This document shows, piece by piece, positions 10,901 through 18,233 of a stretch of 33,905 bases of DNA (positions are counted from its first letter, which is position 1; every line of letters begins with the position of its first letter). This stretch comes from a virus. Lineage: Duplodnaviria > Caudoviricetes. The position numbers and the translations under genes are program-made. Below the pieces are notes generated by a model. That model was not told where the DNA came from and made no database searches. It saw only the letters and a list, made by a program, of their open reading frames with translations. The stretch covers positions 1 to 33,905 of IMG/VR virus record IMGVR_UViG_3300036546_000144. One strand, written 5' to 3'.

Positions 10901-10925
10901 TAAATAAATTTCAAATATATATTAC
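10901..10925 (+). promoter_or_regulatory. Phage early promoter motif, copy 1
   Basis: TAAATAAATTTCAAATATATATTAC; contains the phiKZ early consensus TATATTAC; lies between a terminator and an AGGAG RBS. Confidence 0.8.
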
Positions 10926-10959
10926 TAACTTGAATCCGTAATGTTCTTAGGAGAACACA

Positions 10960-11172
10960 ATGACACAAACCGTCAATATTCTTTCAGACGATGGGAAATC
11001 TTCCATCTACGCTGAGCGCATTTACAAGAAGCGCATAAAAGTTTACAGTTTCAGCTATGAAACAGAGAGATGGGGCGATGCACGGGTTATAGCGGAAACC
11101 GATTTCAAGGACAGCTACCCCAGACTTTACCGTAAATTGCTGTTAATAGAAAGTCGTGGAGGTGTGCGATGA
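10960..11172 (+). CDS. Hypothetical early protein
   Basis: AGGAGAACACAATG start directly after the early promoter. Confidence 0.75.
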   Translation: MTQTVNILSDDGKSSIYAERIYKKRIKVYSFSYETERWGDARVIAETDFKDSYPRLYRKLLLIESRGGVR

Positions 11173-11339
11173 AATTCTGGTTACTGTGCAACGTTATCTA
11201 TTGGTACGTTGTTTACAGAAATAAACCTTTAACCTTAAAAACTTTCCGGTGGTACCATTACTGGTTCCGTTTTACAGTGTGGTTACCTGCAACACTTTTC
11301 ACTCTACTGAAGTCTGAGGGACCTACCGATGGACGATAA
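11169..11339 (+). CDS. Small aromatic/hydrophobic protein, 56 aa
   Basis: Not in the track. ATGA overlap with the previous stop, GGAGG RBS; MKFWLLCNVIYWYVVYRNK...; its end overlaps the next start. Confidence 0.6.
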   Translation: MKFWLLCNVIYWYVVYRNKPLTLKTFRWYHYWFRFTVWLPATLFTLLKSEGPTDGR

Positions 11340-11625
11340 CATTCAAACCTGTTTGACCCGTATGGTGGAGGACGTCATCACCCACCCCTTTCTGGTGGAT
11401 TCTTCACCGGACGTCAATTTAGTCTTTGACGAATTATTCAATCTCTACCCATCTGACCTTAAAACCAAAATCGGGTATGTACAGGATACCTGTGCACACG
11501 TCTTCATAGACGACAGGAAAAATTATGAAGCCGACATCCCAGAACTACTGGAAACTGAAATATTCAGTGTAGATATGGATAGTAAAGTAATTCAAACGGA
11601 TAAAGGCCTCATTCGTTTCGCTTAA
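11329..11625 (+). CDS. Hypothetical protein
   Basis: 98 aa ORF, GAGGG RBS, followed by a terminator. Confidence 0.7.
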   Translation: MDDNIQTCLTRMVEDVITHPFLVDSSPDVNLVFDELFNLYPSDLKTKIGYVQDTCAHVFIDDRKNYEADIPELLETEIFSVDMDSKVIQTDKGLIRFA

Positions 11626-11630
11626 ATACC

Positions 11631-11659
11631 GAGTCTCCTTAGGGAGACTCTTTTTTTTT
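11631..11659 (+). terminator. Intrinsic terminator (GAGTCTCC family)
   Basis: GAGTCTCC-TTAG-GGAGACTC followed by T9. Confidence 0.85.
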
Positions 11660-11705
11660 CGTCCTTTAAGGGGAATGGTGTAGGTAACCTAAGGAGTAAA
11701 GTAGA

Positions 11706-12380
11706 ATGTCCATTAAAGATTTATTTGCCAGTGTCGATGATGAAGTTGAAACAGACGTCGAAGAAGTTGAAGAGACCGAAGAAGAAAGCGCCAGCGCGAT
11801 TGCTGAGCTTTTCCCGAAGGTCTTCGAATTAGTCAACCGGTCCATAAACGACGGTGAGGAGGAAGAAAGTGAAACCTCCTTAGAGAGTATCAAGGAAGAC
11901 TACGATCATGACAGCAATCCTGAGGTAAGCGATGATGACCCCGTTAGTCCTGACGAGCACCTCACCGATTGGGGTACCGATGTCGTTCTGTACCCAGAAC
12001 GGGACAATGGACTTTCCTGGTCAAAAACGTTTAAAGACCGTGCAGGTAACTGTACAGTGAGTCTGAGTTCTACTCTAGCACTAGAAACCATGCAGATGGA
12101 TGAAACGGCTAAACGTGAAGTGTTAGAGAAAATGCGACAGTCCACTAAGGTCTACGCACTGCCTGAGGAACAGGATGGTTTCACGTCCAGAACCAGTTTG
12201 ATTGAATCGAATATGGTTAACCCTGAACGGGTTGTGGTCGTGGACGATACTGACTACGTAGATGCAGATGGCGACTACGTCGAACGCAGAACCTTTGTAG
12301 ACTCTTTACGTGAACGCGGTGCGGTAGTCGTTAATTCGGTTGAGGCTGCTGCTGATTACGTCTCTACGTACCTCTACTGA
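11706..12380 (+). CDS. Acidic protein, possible head protein with a propeptide
   Basis: AAGGAG RBS; very D/E-rich N-terminus; SLES and ALE motifs like phiKZ prohead-protease (S/A/G-X-E) sites. Confidence 0.6.
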   Translation: MSIKDLFASVDDEVETDVEEVEETEEESASAIAELFPKVFELVNRSINDGEEEESETSLESIKEDYDHDSNPEVSDDDPVSPDEHLTDWGTDVVLYPERDNGLSWSKTFKDRAGNCTVSLSSTLALETMQMDETAKREVLEKMRQSTKVYALPEEQDGFTSRTSLIESNMVNPERVVVVDDTDYVDADGDYVERRTFVDSLRERGAVVVNSVEAAADYVSTYLY

Positions 12381-12384
12381 ACAG

Positions 12385-12800
12385 CATAAACAGGCGGCCT
12401 CCCTGACGGGGGCTGCCGATATGCCGCCGCTGCGCTAATAAGAATTTTCTTTTTTATTGTTTTCATTCTCTTCGAGAATAGAGTGAATAGTTTTATAGTT
12501 TAAAACTACGTTTACGTTGAGTTTTAAACGTTTTCTTTTTTACCTTATACACAATATATTCTTCTTAGTAATATTTTACGTAGTAGACATATGATTTGTT
12601 AAGAAAAGCCGAGTGAGCAACGCGAACGAGAGCCTACCTAACGCCTCCTTGGACGCAGTCCAGGAGTGAGCGCAGCGAGCGACTGGAATGGGGGAAAGGG
12701 GGCAACCAAAAGCGGAGAAACGGAGTTTCTCCTTTCCTTATTGTTTTTATATACACAGAAAAGAGCAAAGCACTCTTACCGTAAGGTAGAAGAGTGCTAG
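12385..12800. other. Non-coding locus with an AT-rich tract and a hairpin cluster; candidate replication origin or ssDNA signal
   Basis: No ORF. AT-rich 12436-12600 with the inverted repeat GTTTAAAACT...AGTTTTAAAC. Hairpins TGGAC-GCA-GTCCA, GC-GCA-GC, GGAGAAAC-GGA-GTTTCTCC and CTTACC-GTAA-GGTAAG. Confidence 0.4.
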
Positions 12801-12842
12801 TGGTTTTATACTGTTTAGTACACCCAAATAGAGGGTAGGAAT

Positions 12843-13199
12843 ATGACTATACTCTTCGGTAAACTGGTTCGAGAAACCTATACCAGTCCAAATGGCGAAT
12901 TCCATTTGTATCTGTTACGTATCCATGGGGGTGAAATGGCATCAGCGGTATTCATTGGTACGCACGCCCCTAAGGCGTTAAAGAGTGTTGAATACCAGTT
13001 ACACGGAGAGTGGCAGCATAACCCTCGTTACGGTCGACAATTTTTGATTGACCATTTTAGTCGTCCGGTTAAAGAGAATCGCACAGTGGATCAACGGTTG
13101 GATACTCAGACCGTTATTCAAGCTAAGAAACGGATTGATCCTAACGTGTATGGGATTAAACAAGACGAGTTATCGACTACGCTAGAATGGTGGTTATAG
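12843..13199 (+). CDS. Stand-alone RecD2 N-terminal-like OB-fold protein
   Basis: GEWQHNPRYGRQF matches the G-x-W-x-x-H/N-P-K/R-Y-G-x-Q-F motif of RecD2/YrrC N-termini; no helicase motifs follow. Confidence 0.6.
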   Translation: MTILFGKLVRETYTSPNGEFHLYLLRIHGGEMASAVFIGTHAPKALKSVEYQLHGEWQHNPRYGRQFLIDHFSRPVKENRTVDQRLDTQTVIQAKKRIDPNVYGIKQDELSTTLEWWL

Positions 13200-13209
13200 T
13201 GCGACTAAT

Positions 13210-13237
13210 AGGAGTCTCTCTAAGGGACTCCTTTTTT
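13210..13237 (+). terminator. Intrinsic terminator
   Basis: AGGAGTCTCT-CTA-AGGGACTCCT followed by a T-run. Confidence 0.8.
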
Positions 13238-13246
13238 ATGCCGAAT

Positions 13247-13271
13247 TAAAAATATTTCAAATATATATTAC
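13247..13271 (+). promoter_or_regulatory. Phage early promoter motif, copy 2
   Basis: TAAAAATATTTCAAATATATATTAC upstream of AAAGGAGAAACACAATG. Confidence 0.8.
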
Positions 13272-13308
13272 TAATTTGAATTCCCACAGTTTCTAAAGGA
13301 GAAACACA

Positions 13309-13746
13309 ATGGATAAGCGTGAAGTTTTTCGCAGTAACATATCAGCATGGACCCGTCGACTGGGGCTTGAGAAGCCCACCGACATTGATTCAGTGGTCAA
13401 GGTGGCCCAGAAGATGGGACTTGACATTGGAAGTCGCTTCACCGCGATGTTTGTGGTGGCGTCCAACTACCTCCTGACTAAGGACTTGATTAATGATCGG
13501 GTTCAGCGGAGGAAGGTGGCGTGGGTGACTGCTCACGTTGCCTACTCTTTTTGCTATGGTGAACATAGTAAAACGGGTGGTAGCATACCGGCGGTGACCG
13601 CATTATTCTCAGGTAAAGCCGGTGCCGAGTTCAGTGACCGCGAGCGGACACTCGTGGCAGATGTGGCAGGGACTATGATTGGTAGTCGATCTGTCGATCG
13701 TAGTAAACCCAATATGGTTAACAACATCCTCAAGAAGGTGCGTTGA
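13309..13746 (+). CDS. Hypothetical early protein, weak resemblance to a degenerate ImmA/IrrE-type domain
   Basis: Strong RBS; own promoter and terminator; RRKVAWVTAHVAYSF...ERTLVADVAGTMI. Confidence 0.65.
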   Translation: MDKREVFRSNISAWTRRLGLEKPTDIDSVVKVAQKMGLDIGSRFTAMFVVASNYLLTKDLINDRVQRRKVAWVTAHVAYSFCYGEHSKTGGSIPAVTALFSGKAGAEFSDRERTLVADVAGTMIGSRSVDRSKPNMVNNILKKVR

Positions 13747-13759
13747 TTAACCGGTGTAA

Positions 13760-13798
13760 AAAAGATTCCCCCTTATTGGATGGGAATCTTTTTTTTTT
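13760..13798 (+). terminator. Intrinsic terminator
   Basis: AAAGATTCCC...GGGAATCTTT followed by a long T-run. Confidence 0.8.
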
Positions 13799-13813
13799 CT
13801 TTTTTAAGCCTTT

Positions 13814-13838
13814 TAAATAAATTTCAAGTATATATTAT
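13814..13838 (+). promoter_or_regulatory. Phage early promoter motif, copy 3
   Basis: TAAATAAATTTCAAGTATATATTAT. Confidence 0.75.
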
Positions 13839-13880
13839 TCAAGGGAGTATTAACCAAAGTTGTTCTAAGGAGAAAACGAA

Positions 13881-14138
13881 ATGGGTAGTTTGTTGAACGT
13901 TGAACTGGTTAGTGTAGCCATTAACTCTGACCATCTGGAAAAATTCGCCCCGGGGGTTTACCACGAAGTGGATACCCATAAAGCCGTTCTGGTTAAAAAA
14001 GGTTTGGGACAGGAGGATTCCATTGTTAAGATAGAACCTAACGGGACTATCGGTAACCCACACTACACATTTGAAACGGGTCTGTGTGTACATAGTGACA
14101 CCGAGATATGGGTAAGTGGGGCTGAACAAGTTTTTTGA
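13881..14138 (+). CDS. Hypothetical early protein
   Basis: AAGGAG RBS, 85 aa. Confidence 0.75.
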   Translation: MGSLLNVELVSVAINSDHLEKFAPGVYHEVDTHKAVLVKKGLGQEDSIVKIEPNGTIGNPHYTFETGLCVHSDTEIWVSGAEQVF

Positions 14139-14196
14139 AGAAAACCCTATTGAAGACTATATCTTTTAAAAACAGCTTTATAAGGGAAATAAAACT

Positions 14197-14535
14197 ATGG
14201 CCTATACTGCGCTCATAACACGAACCTATTGGGATCAATGGCTAGAGTCTAGCGAACAACGCAAGGTTGTTAAACCCCTTTCCCCATCGATGGTGTTTAT
14301 CATTGACAAAGGCTGGTTAATGTGTCGCGACCACTCAGTTGAAGGTGACTGGCAAAAAGTGGTGGGTGTCCCTGTATACCCCATCGAAGGACTGGTATGT
14401 GGGGAATTCACACCGGGTTACAGTACGACAATCCAAGGGGAAGGGAAAGCCTACTACTTTGAAGATATTATGATAATACCCGGTAACTTGGGTCAACAGT
14501 TACAGTGCCATCTCGTTTTTAAACCACACTCTTAA
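14197..14535 (+). CDS. Hypothetical protein
   Basis: AAGGGA RBS, 112 aa, in an operon. Confidence 0.7.
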   Translation: MAYTALITRTYWDQWLESSEQRKVVKPLSPSMVFIIDKGWLMCRDHSVEGDWQKVVGVPVYPIEGLVCGEFTPGYSTTIQGEGKAYYFEDIMIIPGNLGQQLQCHLVFKPHS

Positions 14536-14546
14536 GGAGAGTAAAT

Positions 14547-14849
14547 ATGGAACTAATTGATTCAATCAAGGTGATTGTTGAGCACCCAACTTTGACCGAC
14601 TTTAACGAGTCGATGTGGTTGACCGACTCAGACACATTGAAGTCATTCCCGGATGACTTTCAGGACGCCGTATTAGGCCTCACAGTCGTTTGCAACGCGT
14701 ACCTGATAACTGACTCAGGGGGACTTGAAACGAAGTACACAGAGGCTCTCAGAGCCGTAGGGTGTCGGGTAGGTCCAGGGGAACAGGATTCGTTTGGCCT
14801 ATTGACGGCGATACTCTACACACCGAAGGGTAAAGTGTTGTTTGGTTGA
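14547..14849 (+). CDS. Conserved phage hypothetical protein
   Basis: AAGGAG RBS; C-terminal GEQDSFGLLTAILYTPKGKVLFG motif that I recall from small phage proteins. Confidence 0.75.
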   Translation: MELIDSIKVIVEHPTLTDFNESMWLTDSDTLKSFPDDFQDAVLGLTVVCNAYLITDSGGLETKYTEALRAVGCRVGPGEQDSFGLLTAILYTPKGKVLFG

Positions 14850-14913
14850 TAGGGGGACTTGGGAGGGACTGTGTGTCCCTCTCTTTTTTTACTTATTGAA
14901 GAAGGTGTTGACA

Positions 14914-15111
14914 TTGACTAATAACACACGGGCGTTAATCATTCAAACGAAACGGGTAATAGAAGAAGGTGGGGAATACGATAAATACGAGGAGGTCTTG
15001 ACCTACTTTGTGGAAAGTGGCCTACTTAAAATCGTGAAAAAAGACCAAACAGTCTGTTACCCCATTAATGAGGTGGTGAAGATAAGTGTTTACCCAGAAC
15101 CTTTTTGGTAA
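14914..15111 (+). CDS. Hypothetical protein
   Basis: The track ORF starts at 14842, but a terminator-like GAGGGAC...GTCCCTC-T-run lies at 14862-14890, so TTG 14914 after GAAGGTG is a more plausible start. Confidence 0.5.
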   Translation: MTNNTRALIIQTKRVIEEGGEYDKYEEVLTYFVESGLLKIVKKDQTVCYPINEVVKISVYPEPFW

Positions 15112-15138
15112 CTTTCACTAAAACCGGAGCTAGACAAG

Positions 15139-15444
15139 ATGTCCGATGAAACAAAATTACAAGGTATAAAAGCGATACTGTTAGGTATCATGGGGTTAAT
15201 GAAACCAACAGATCATAAAAGTTTCCTTCTGCTGGATAACCTGAACCTCATAATCGTGAGATTCCATGACTGTTATGAAATCAAGTTTAAGGAATACGGT
15301 GTTTACGTGGCATACTGGTTTTTGCTGAACGAGGATATTCCTGATAGTCGAAACCTGGATTTGTTTGTACATTCGATTTATTCCATCAGTCTGGAATATG
15401 ACGACTTTTACGAACATTTTGATGTTTTACGTAACTCTTGTTAA
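15139..15444 (+). CDS. Hypothetical protein
   Basis: GGAG RBS, 101 aa. Confidence 0.65.
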   Translation: MSDETKLQGIKAILLGIMGLMKPTDHKSFLLLDNLNLIIVRFHDCYEIKFKEYGVYVAYWFLLNEDIPDSRNLDLFVHSIYSISLEYDDFYEHFDVLRNSC

Positions 15445-15563
15445 CTCCTACGCAGTTGAAGTATGATCTAGGAAGAAGAGAGAGTAACAAAAACAAGGAG
15501 TCACCGTAACCCAATTGACTTTTACACCCTTTTCAAACATTCAAACGAGAAGGGGAGGACGCT

Positions 15564-15761
15564 ATGAACCACTCTCAGAACTACCGCCTGAATCGAGAAA
15601 AAGCACAAGAGCTGTTTTCACGACTCCCCAGTCACACCACATTTGGTGACATCATCAATACGTTTGGACGTATTAAAAACCCGAAAGAGATCAGTATGGA
15701 TGAGTTAATTGTAGAGATTAACTACATCACTGAAGAGCGTTTGAGAAACACTCAAGGGTAA
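15564..15761 (+). CDS. Hypothetical protein
   Basis: GGAGG RBS, 65 aa. Confidence 0.65.
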   Translation: MNHSQNYRLNREKAQELFSRLPSHTTFGDIINTFGRIKNPKEISMDELIVEINYITEERLRNTQG

Positions 15762-15781
15762 CCCAAGAAAGGAGAAACACA

Positions 15782-15835
15782 ATGCGTGGTTTCAAAACAC
15801 TGCTGAATGCTATCGAAGCATTGCTGGCACCGTAG
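15782..15835 (+). CDS. Candidate 17-aa micropeptide MRGFKTLLNAIEALLAP
   Basis: Preceded by AAAGGAGAAACACAATG, identical to the RBS/start of the 13309 gene; followed at once by a terminator. Confidence 0.55.
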   Translation: MRGFKTLLNAIEALLAP

Positions 15836-15839
15836 TACG

Positions 15840-15868
15840 AAAGGGTGAGGTTTCCCTCACCCTTTTTT
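15840..15868 (+). terminator. Intrinsic terminator
   Basis: AAAGGGTGAGG-TTTC-CCTCACCCTTT followed by a T-run. Confidence 0.85.
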
Positions 15869-15877
15869 ATGCCGAAT

Positions 15878-15902
15878 TAAAACAGTTTCAGGTATATATT
15901 AC
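15878..15902 (+). promoter_or_regulatory. Phage early promoter motif, copy 4
   Basis: TAAAACAGTTTCAGGTATATATTAC. Confidence 0.8.
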
Positions 15903-15972
15903 TTATCTGAAGACTTTACGTGAAGTTCACGTGTATTGTAGTAAAACCCATTAGATTAAAAGGATCTAACCA

Positions 15973-16938
15973 ATGAAAACTATCACTTTTTATAACGATG
16001 TACTCCCGATCGACCTCGTTGGTGCAGAGGTAATTTACCCTATTGAGATGAAATGTTTCACACACTTCTTTGATCGGGTGGTGAAACGACCCACCTTCGA
16101 CAACTTCGAAAACGAATTTGTCTGTTACTTCCGTCACGTAGTGAATGAAAATTTGGACCTCTTTTTGTTCCTTGACCTTACGACCAACAAAATCTTCGGT
16201 GTTTCGACCCCTGAAGTCGGACGTTCCAGTAGCCCACTCGTGATGCGGGTTAAGCCCAAAGAAATCTTCCAAAGTATCGTGGAAGGTTTCGTGGAGTACT
16301 GGTCGGGTTTGGAAGACATTGAGATAATTGGGTTTGAGAGCATTGATGCCGAAGACCTGGTTGTAGATGAACCCGTCCAGGACACCGAAGATTTTAGTGA
16401 ACCCGAACTAACAAGCCCAAATGAAGATGGGGTGCGGGATTACTTCGCACAAAGCCCGGAGGAAAATAGAATTGTAGTAAACCTTTCCATCCTCCCGAAA
16501 TGGAAAATGTTGAATGAGTCTTTGAAGACATCCAACATCAAAGCCATACCGTTTACTAGTGAACTGCGACCAGAACCCACCGATTTCATTAAAATAGGGG
16601 AAGGTGATAGTTGGCTGTCAGTCATTCCAGTCGCTAAAGACGTTAGCCTAAAGTTGCTGGAGTGTCGACTTGAGAAAGGTCTTTTCACCCTCCCGACCTT
16701 TGATGACCTCAGTGTGTTGCTAGAGCACCTACGCACTACAGGTCAACACGCGGTGAACTTTTTTGTAGGTGATCTGGTAGTGTGTGCCTGGTACCAGTAT
16801 AACGGTCGAATCTTTTTGGCAGAACTGGACCTGGTTAAGTGTCGTGTTGTTAATGTCAAGGAACCCCAAAACAACATCGCCCGCCAAACCGAAGATGGTA
16901 CCGGTACTTACGTCCTGTTCCCGAAATTCACTAAATAA
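15973..16938 (+). CDS. Hypothetical early protein with an acidic linker
   Basis: 321 aa, AAGGA RBS; no motif recognised. Confidence 0.75.
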   Translation: MKTITFYNDVLPIDLVGAEVIYPIEMKCFTHFFDRVVKRPTFDNFENEFVCYFRHVVNENLDLFLFLDLTTNKIFGVSTPEVGRSSSPLVMRVKPKEIFQSIVEGFVEYWSGLEDIEIIGFESIDAEDLVVDEPVQDTEDFSEPELTSPNEDGVRDYFAQSPEENRIVVNLSILPKWKMLNESLKTSNIKAIPFTSELRPEPTDFIKIGEGDSWLSVIPVAKDVSLKLLECRLEKGLFTLPTFDDLSVLLEHLRTTGQHAVNFFVGDLVVCAWYQYNGRIFLAELDLVKCRVVNVKEPQNNIARQTEDGTGTYVLFPKFTK

Positions 16939-16949
16939 GGTAAATTAAA

Positions 16950-17405
16950 ATGAAAAACTTTATTTTGATTGTAGTTTTCTCCCTTTTCTCTACTTTCGTT
17001 TATGCCACACCTGAAGAGTGTGTGGATCAATATTTTGCCGAATGGATTAACGAATACGGCAATATAAAAGGAATAAGCGAAGAACAGACAAAAGAATGGG
17101 AAGACGAATGTGGTCTTGTCTACGACACTCCCGAAAATAACTACACCCTTTCGCTGGGTGGCAATATCACCTTTAACCCCACAACCTATAACAACATGAT
17201 CAAACTGATCAATAAGGGCGACACGCTCAATGTTATTGGTTATACGGTTAACCGTGGTACTTGTTTCCGTAAAGACCGTCTTTTTGGAGGGCCCCAAAAA
17301 CTCCGCTTCGGCGAAACCATGAACCTTCAGTACCGTTCTGATTGCGAGTTATTGGAGGTGAAAGTCATCACTGATGTCGGTGAATTTGACTGGTCCTTTA
17401 ATTAA
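16950..17405 (+). CDS. Putative secreted/periplasmic protein
   Basis: Signal peptide MKNFILIVVFSLFSTFVYA with a VYA cleavage-like site; four cysteines. Confidence 0.7.
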   Translation: MKNFILIVVFSLFSTFVYATPEECVDQYFAEWINEYGNIKGISEEQTKEWEDECGLVYDTPENNYTLSLGGNITFNPTTYNNMIKLINKGDTLNVIGYTVNRGTCFRKDRLFGGPQKLRFGETMNLQYRSDCELLEVKVITDVGEFDWSFN

Positions 17406-17409
17406 CGCA

Positions 17410-17445
17410 TAAAAAAGAGTCTCCCAAGGGAGACTCTTTTTTTTT
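17410..17445. terminator. Bidirectional terminator (GAGTCTCC family)
   Basis: A-run, GAGTCTCCC-AA-GGGAGACTC, T-run, between convergent genes. Confidence 0.85.
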
Positions 17446-17448
17446 CAT

Positions 17449-17874
17449 TCAAACCGTGGCGTAAAAAATGTCCATCATGTACTCATTGGCGTCTAACTTT
17501 AAAACGAGTTTAGAGTTAGATAATTCACACGAGTCGATGAAGTCATCCCATTTGTTTTCCATCAGTTCTAGAAACTGAACTGAGCTGCCGCGAGAGCGGT
17601 ACCGTTCCAAGTACTCGTCCTTCAATTCCCGCTTAGGGTGAATGAGTATATAGTCAAGACCCCGTTCTTCCAACCCCTTCCGGACATCCTCATGGGAAGA
17701 CACAAAGAGTAAATACCCCTCTTTATGCTTCTCCTCAATGTGATCAAGGTAATTCTTAGGAAACTGACTTTTATCAAATAAAGAACTATCACTATCCAAA
17801 ACTTTGTCGTGAATGTCAGATAGTATCTTAAACGAGTGACTTTTACCCACTCCCGGAAAACCACTTATAATCAT
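17449..17874 (-). CDS. P-loop NTPase, nucleotide-kinase-like
   Basis: N-terminal Walker A IISGFPGVGKS, LDSDSS, and an ERYRSRG lid-like motif. Confidence 0.8.
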   Translation of the reverse strand: MIISGFPGVGKSHSFKILSDIHDKVLDSDSSLFDKSQFPKNYLDHIEEKHKEGYLLFVSSHEDVRKGLEERGLDYILIHPKRELKDEYLERYRSRGSSVQFLELMENKWDDFIDSCELSNSKLVLKLDANEYMMDIFYATV

Positions 17875-17891
17875 GTTATAACCCCTTTACT

Positions 17892-18233
17892 CTACCAAAA
17901 TAATGAATGTGGGATGGATTCATTACCCACACTATCTCGGGGAAAAAGCGGCTCTATCTTCCGGTTCTTCAACGAAAGTGTGATGGGTAACTTCACCGCC
18001 ACCACATCGTTTTCTCGGTAAACGTTTTCATCAATAGTCACTTCTTCTTCTTGAATCGTGGTATAATAGAAGCTTGCATAGTCCCGATGGAAGTTTTGTT
18101 TAATGAAGTCACGTAAAGCCGGTAATGATGTGTGGACAGCTTTCAGTTGGTATTTTTTCGTTTTGGGATAATGTAAAATCCCCTTTAGAACTTCTTCTTC
18201 GGTTAAGGCAAAATACAGCATGTCATTTACCAT
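17892..18233 (-). CDS. Hypothetical protein, possibly virion
   Basis: 113 aa; coupled to the upstream gene; ends ...GNESIPHSLFW, similar in style to the upstream protein's SFEEPPSIKW. Confidence 0.65.
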   Translation of the reverse strand: MVNDMLYFALTEEEVLKGILHYPKTKKYQLKAVHTSLPALRDFIKQNFHRDYASFYYTTIQEEEVTIDENVYRENDVVAVKLPITLSLKNRKIEPLFPRDSVGNESIPHSLFW

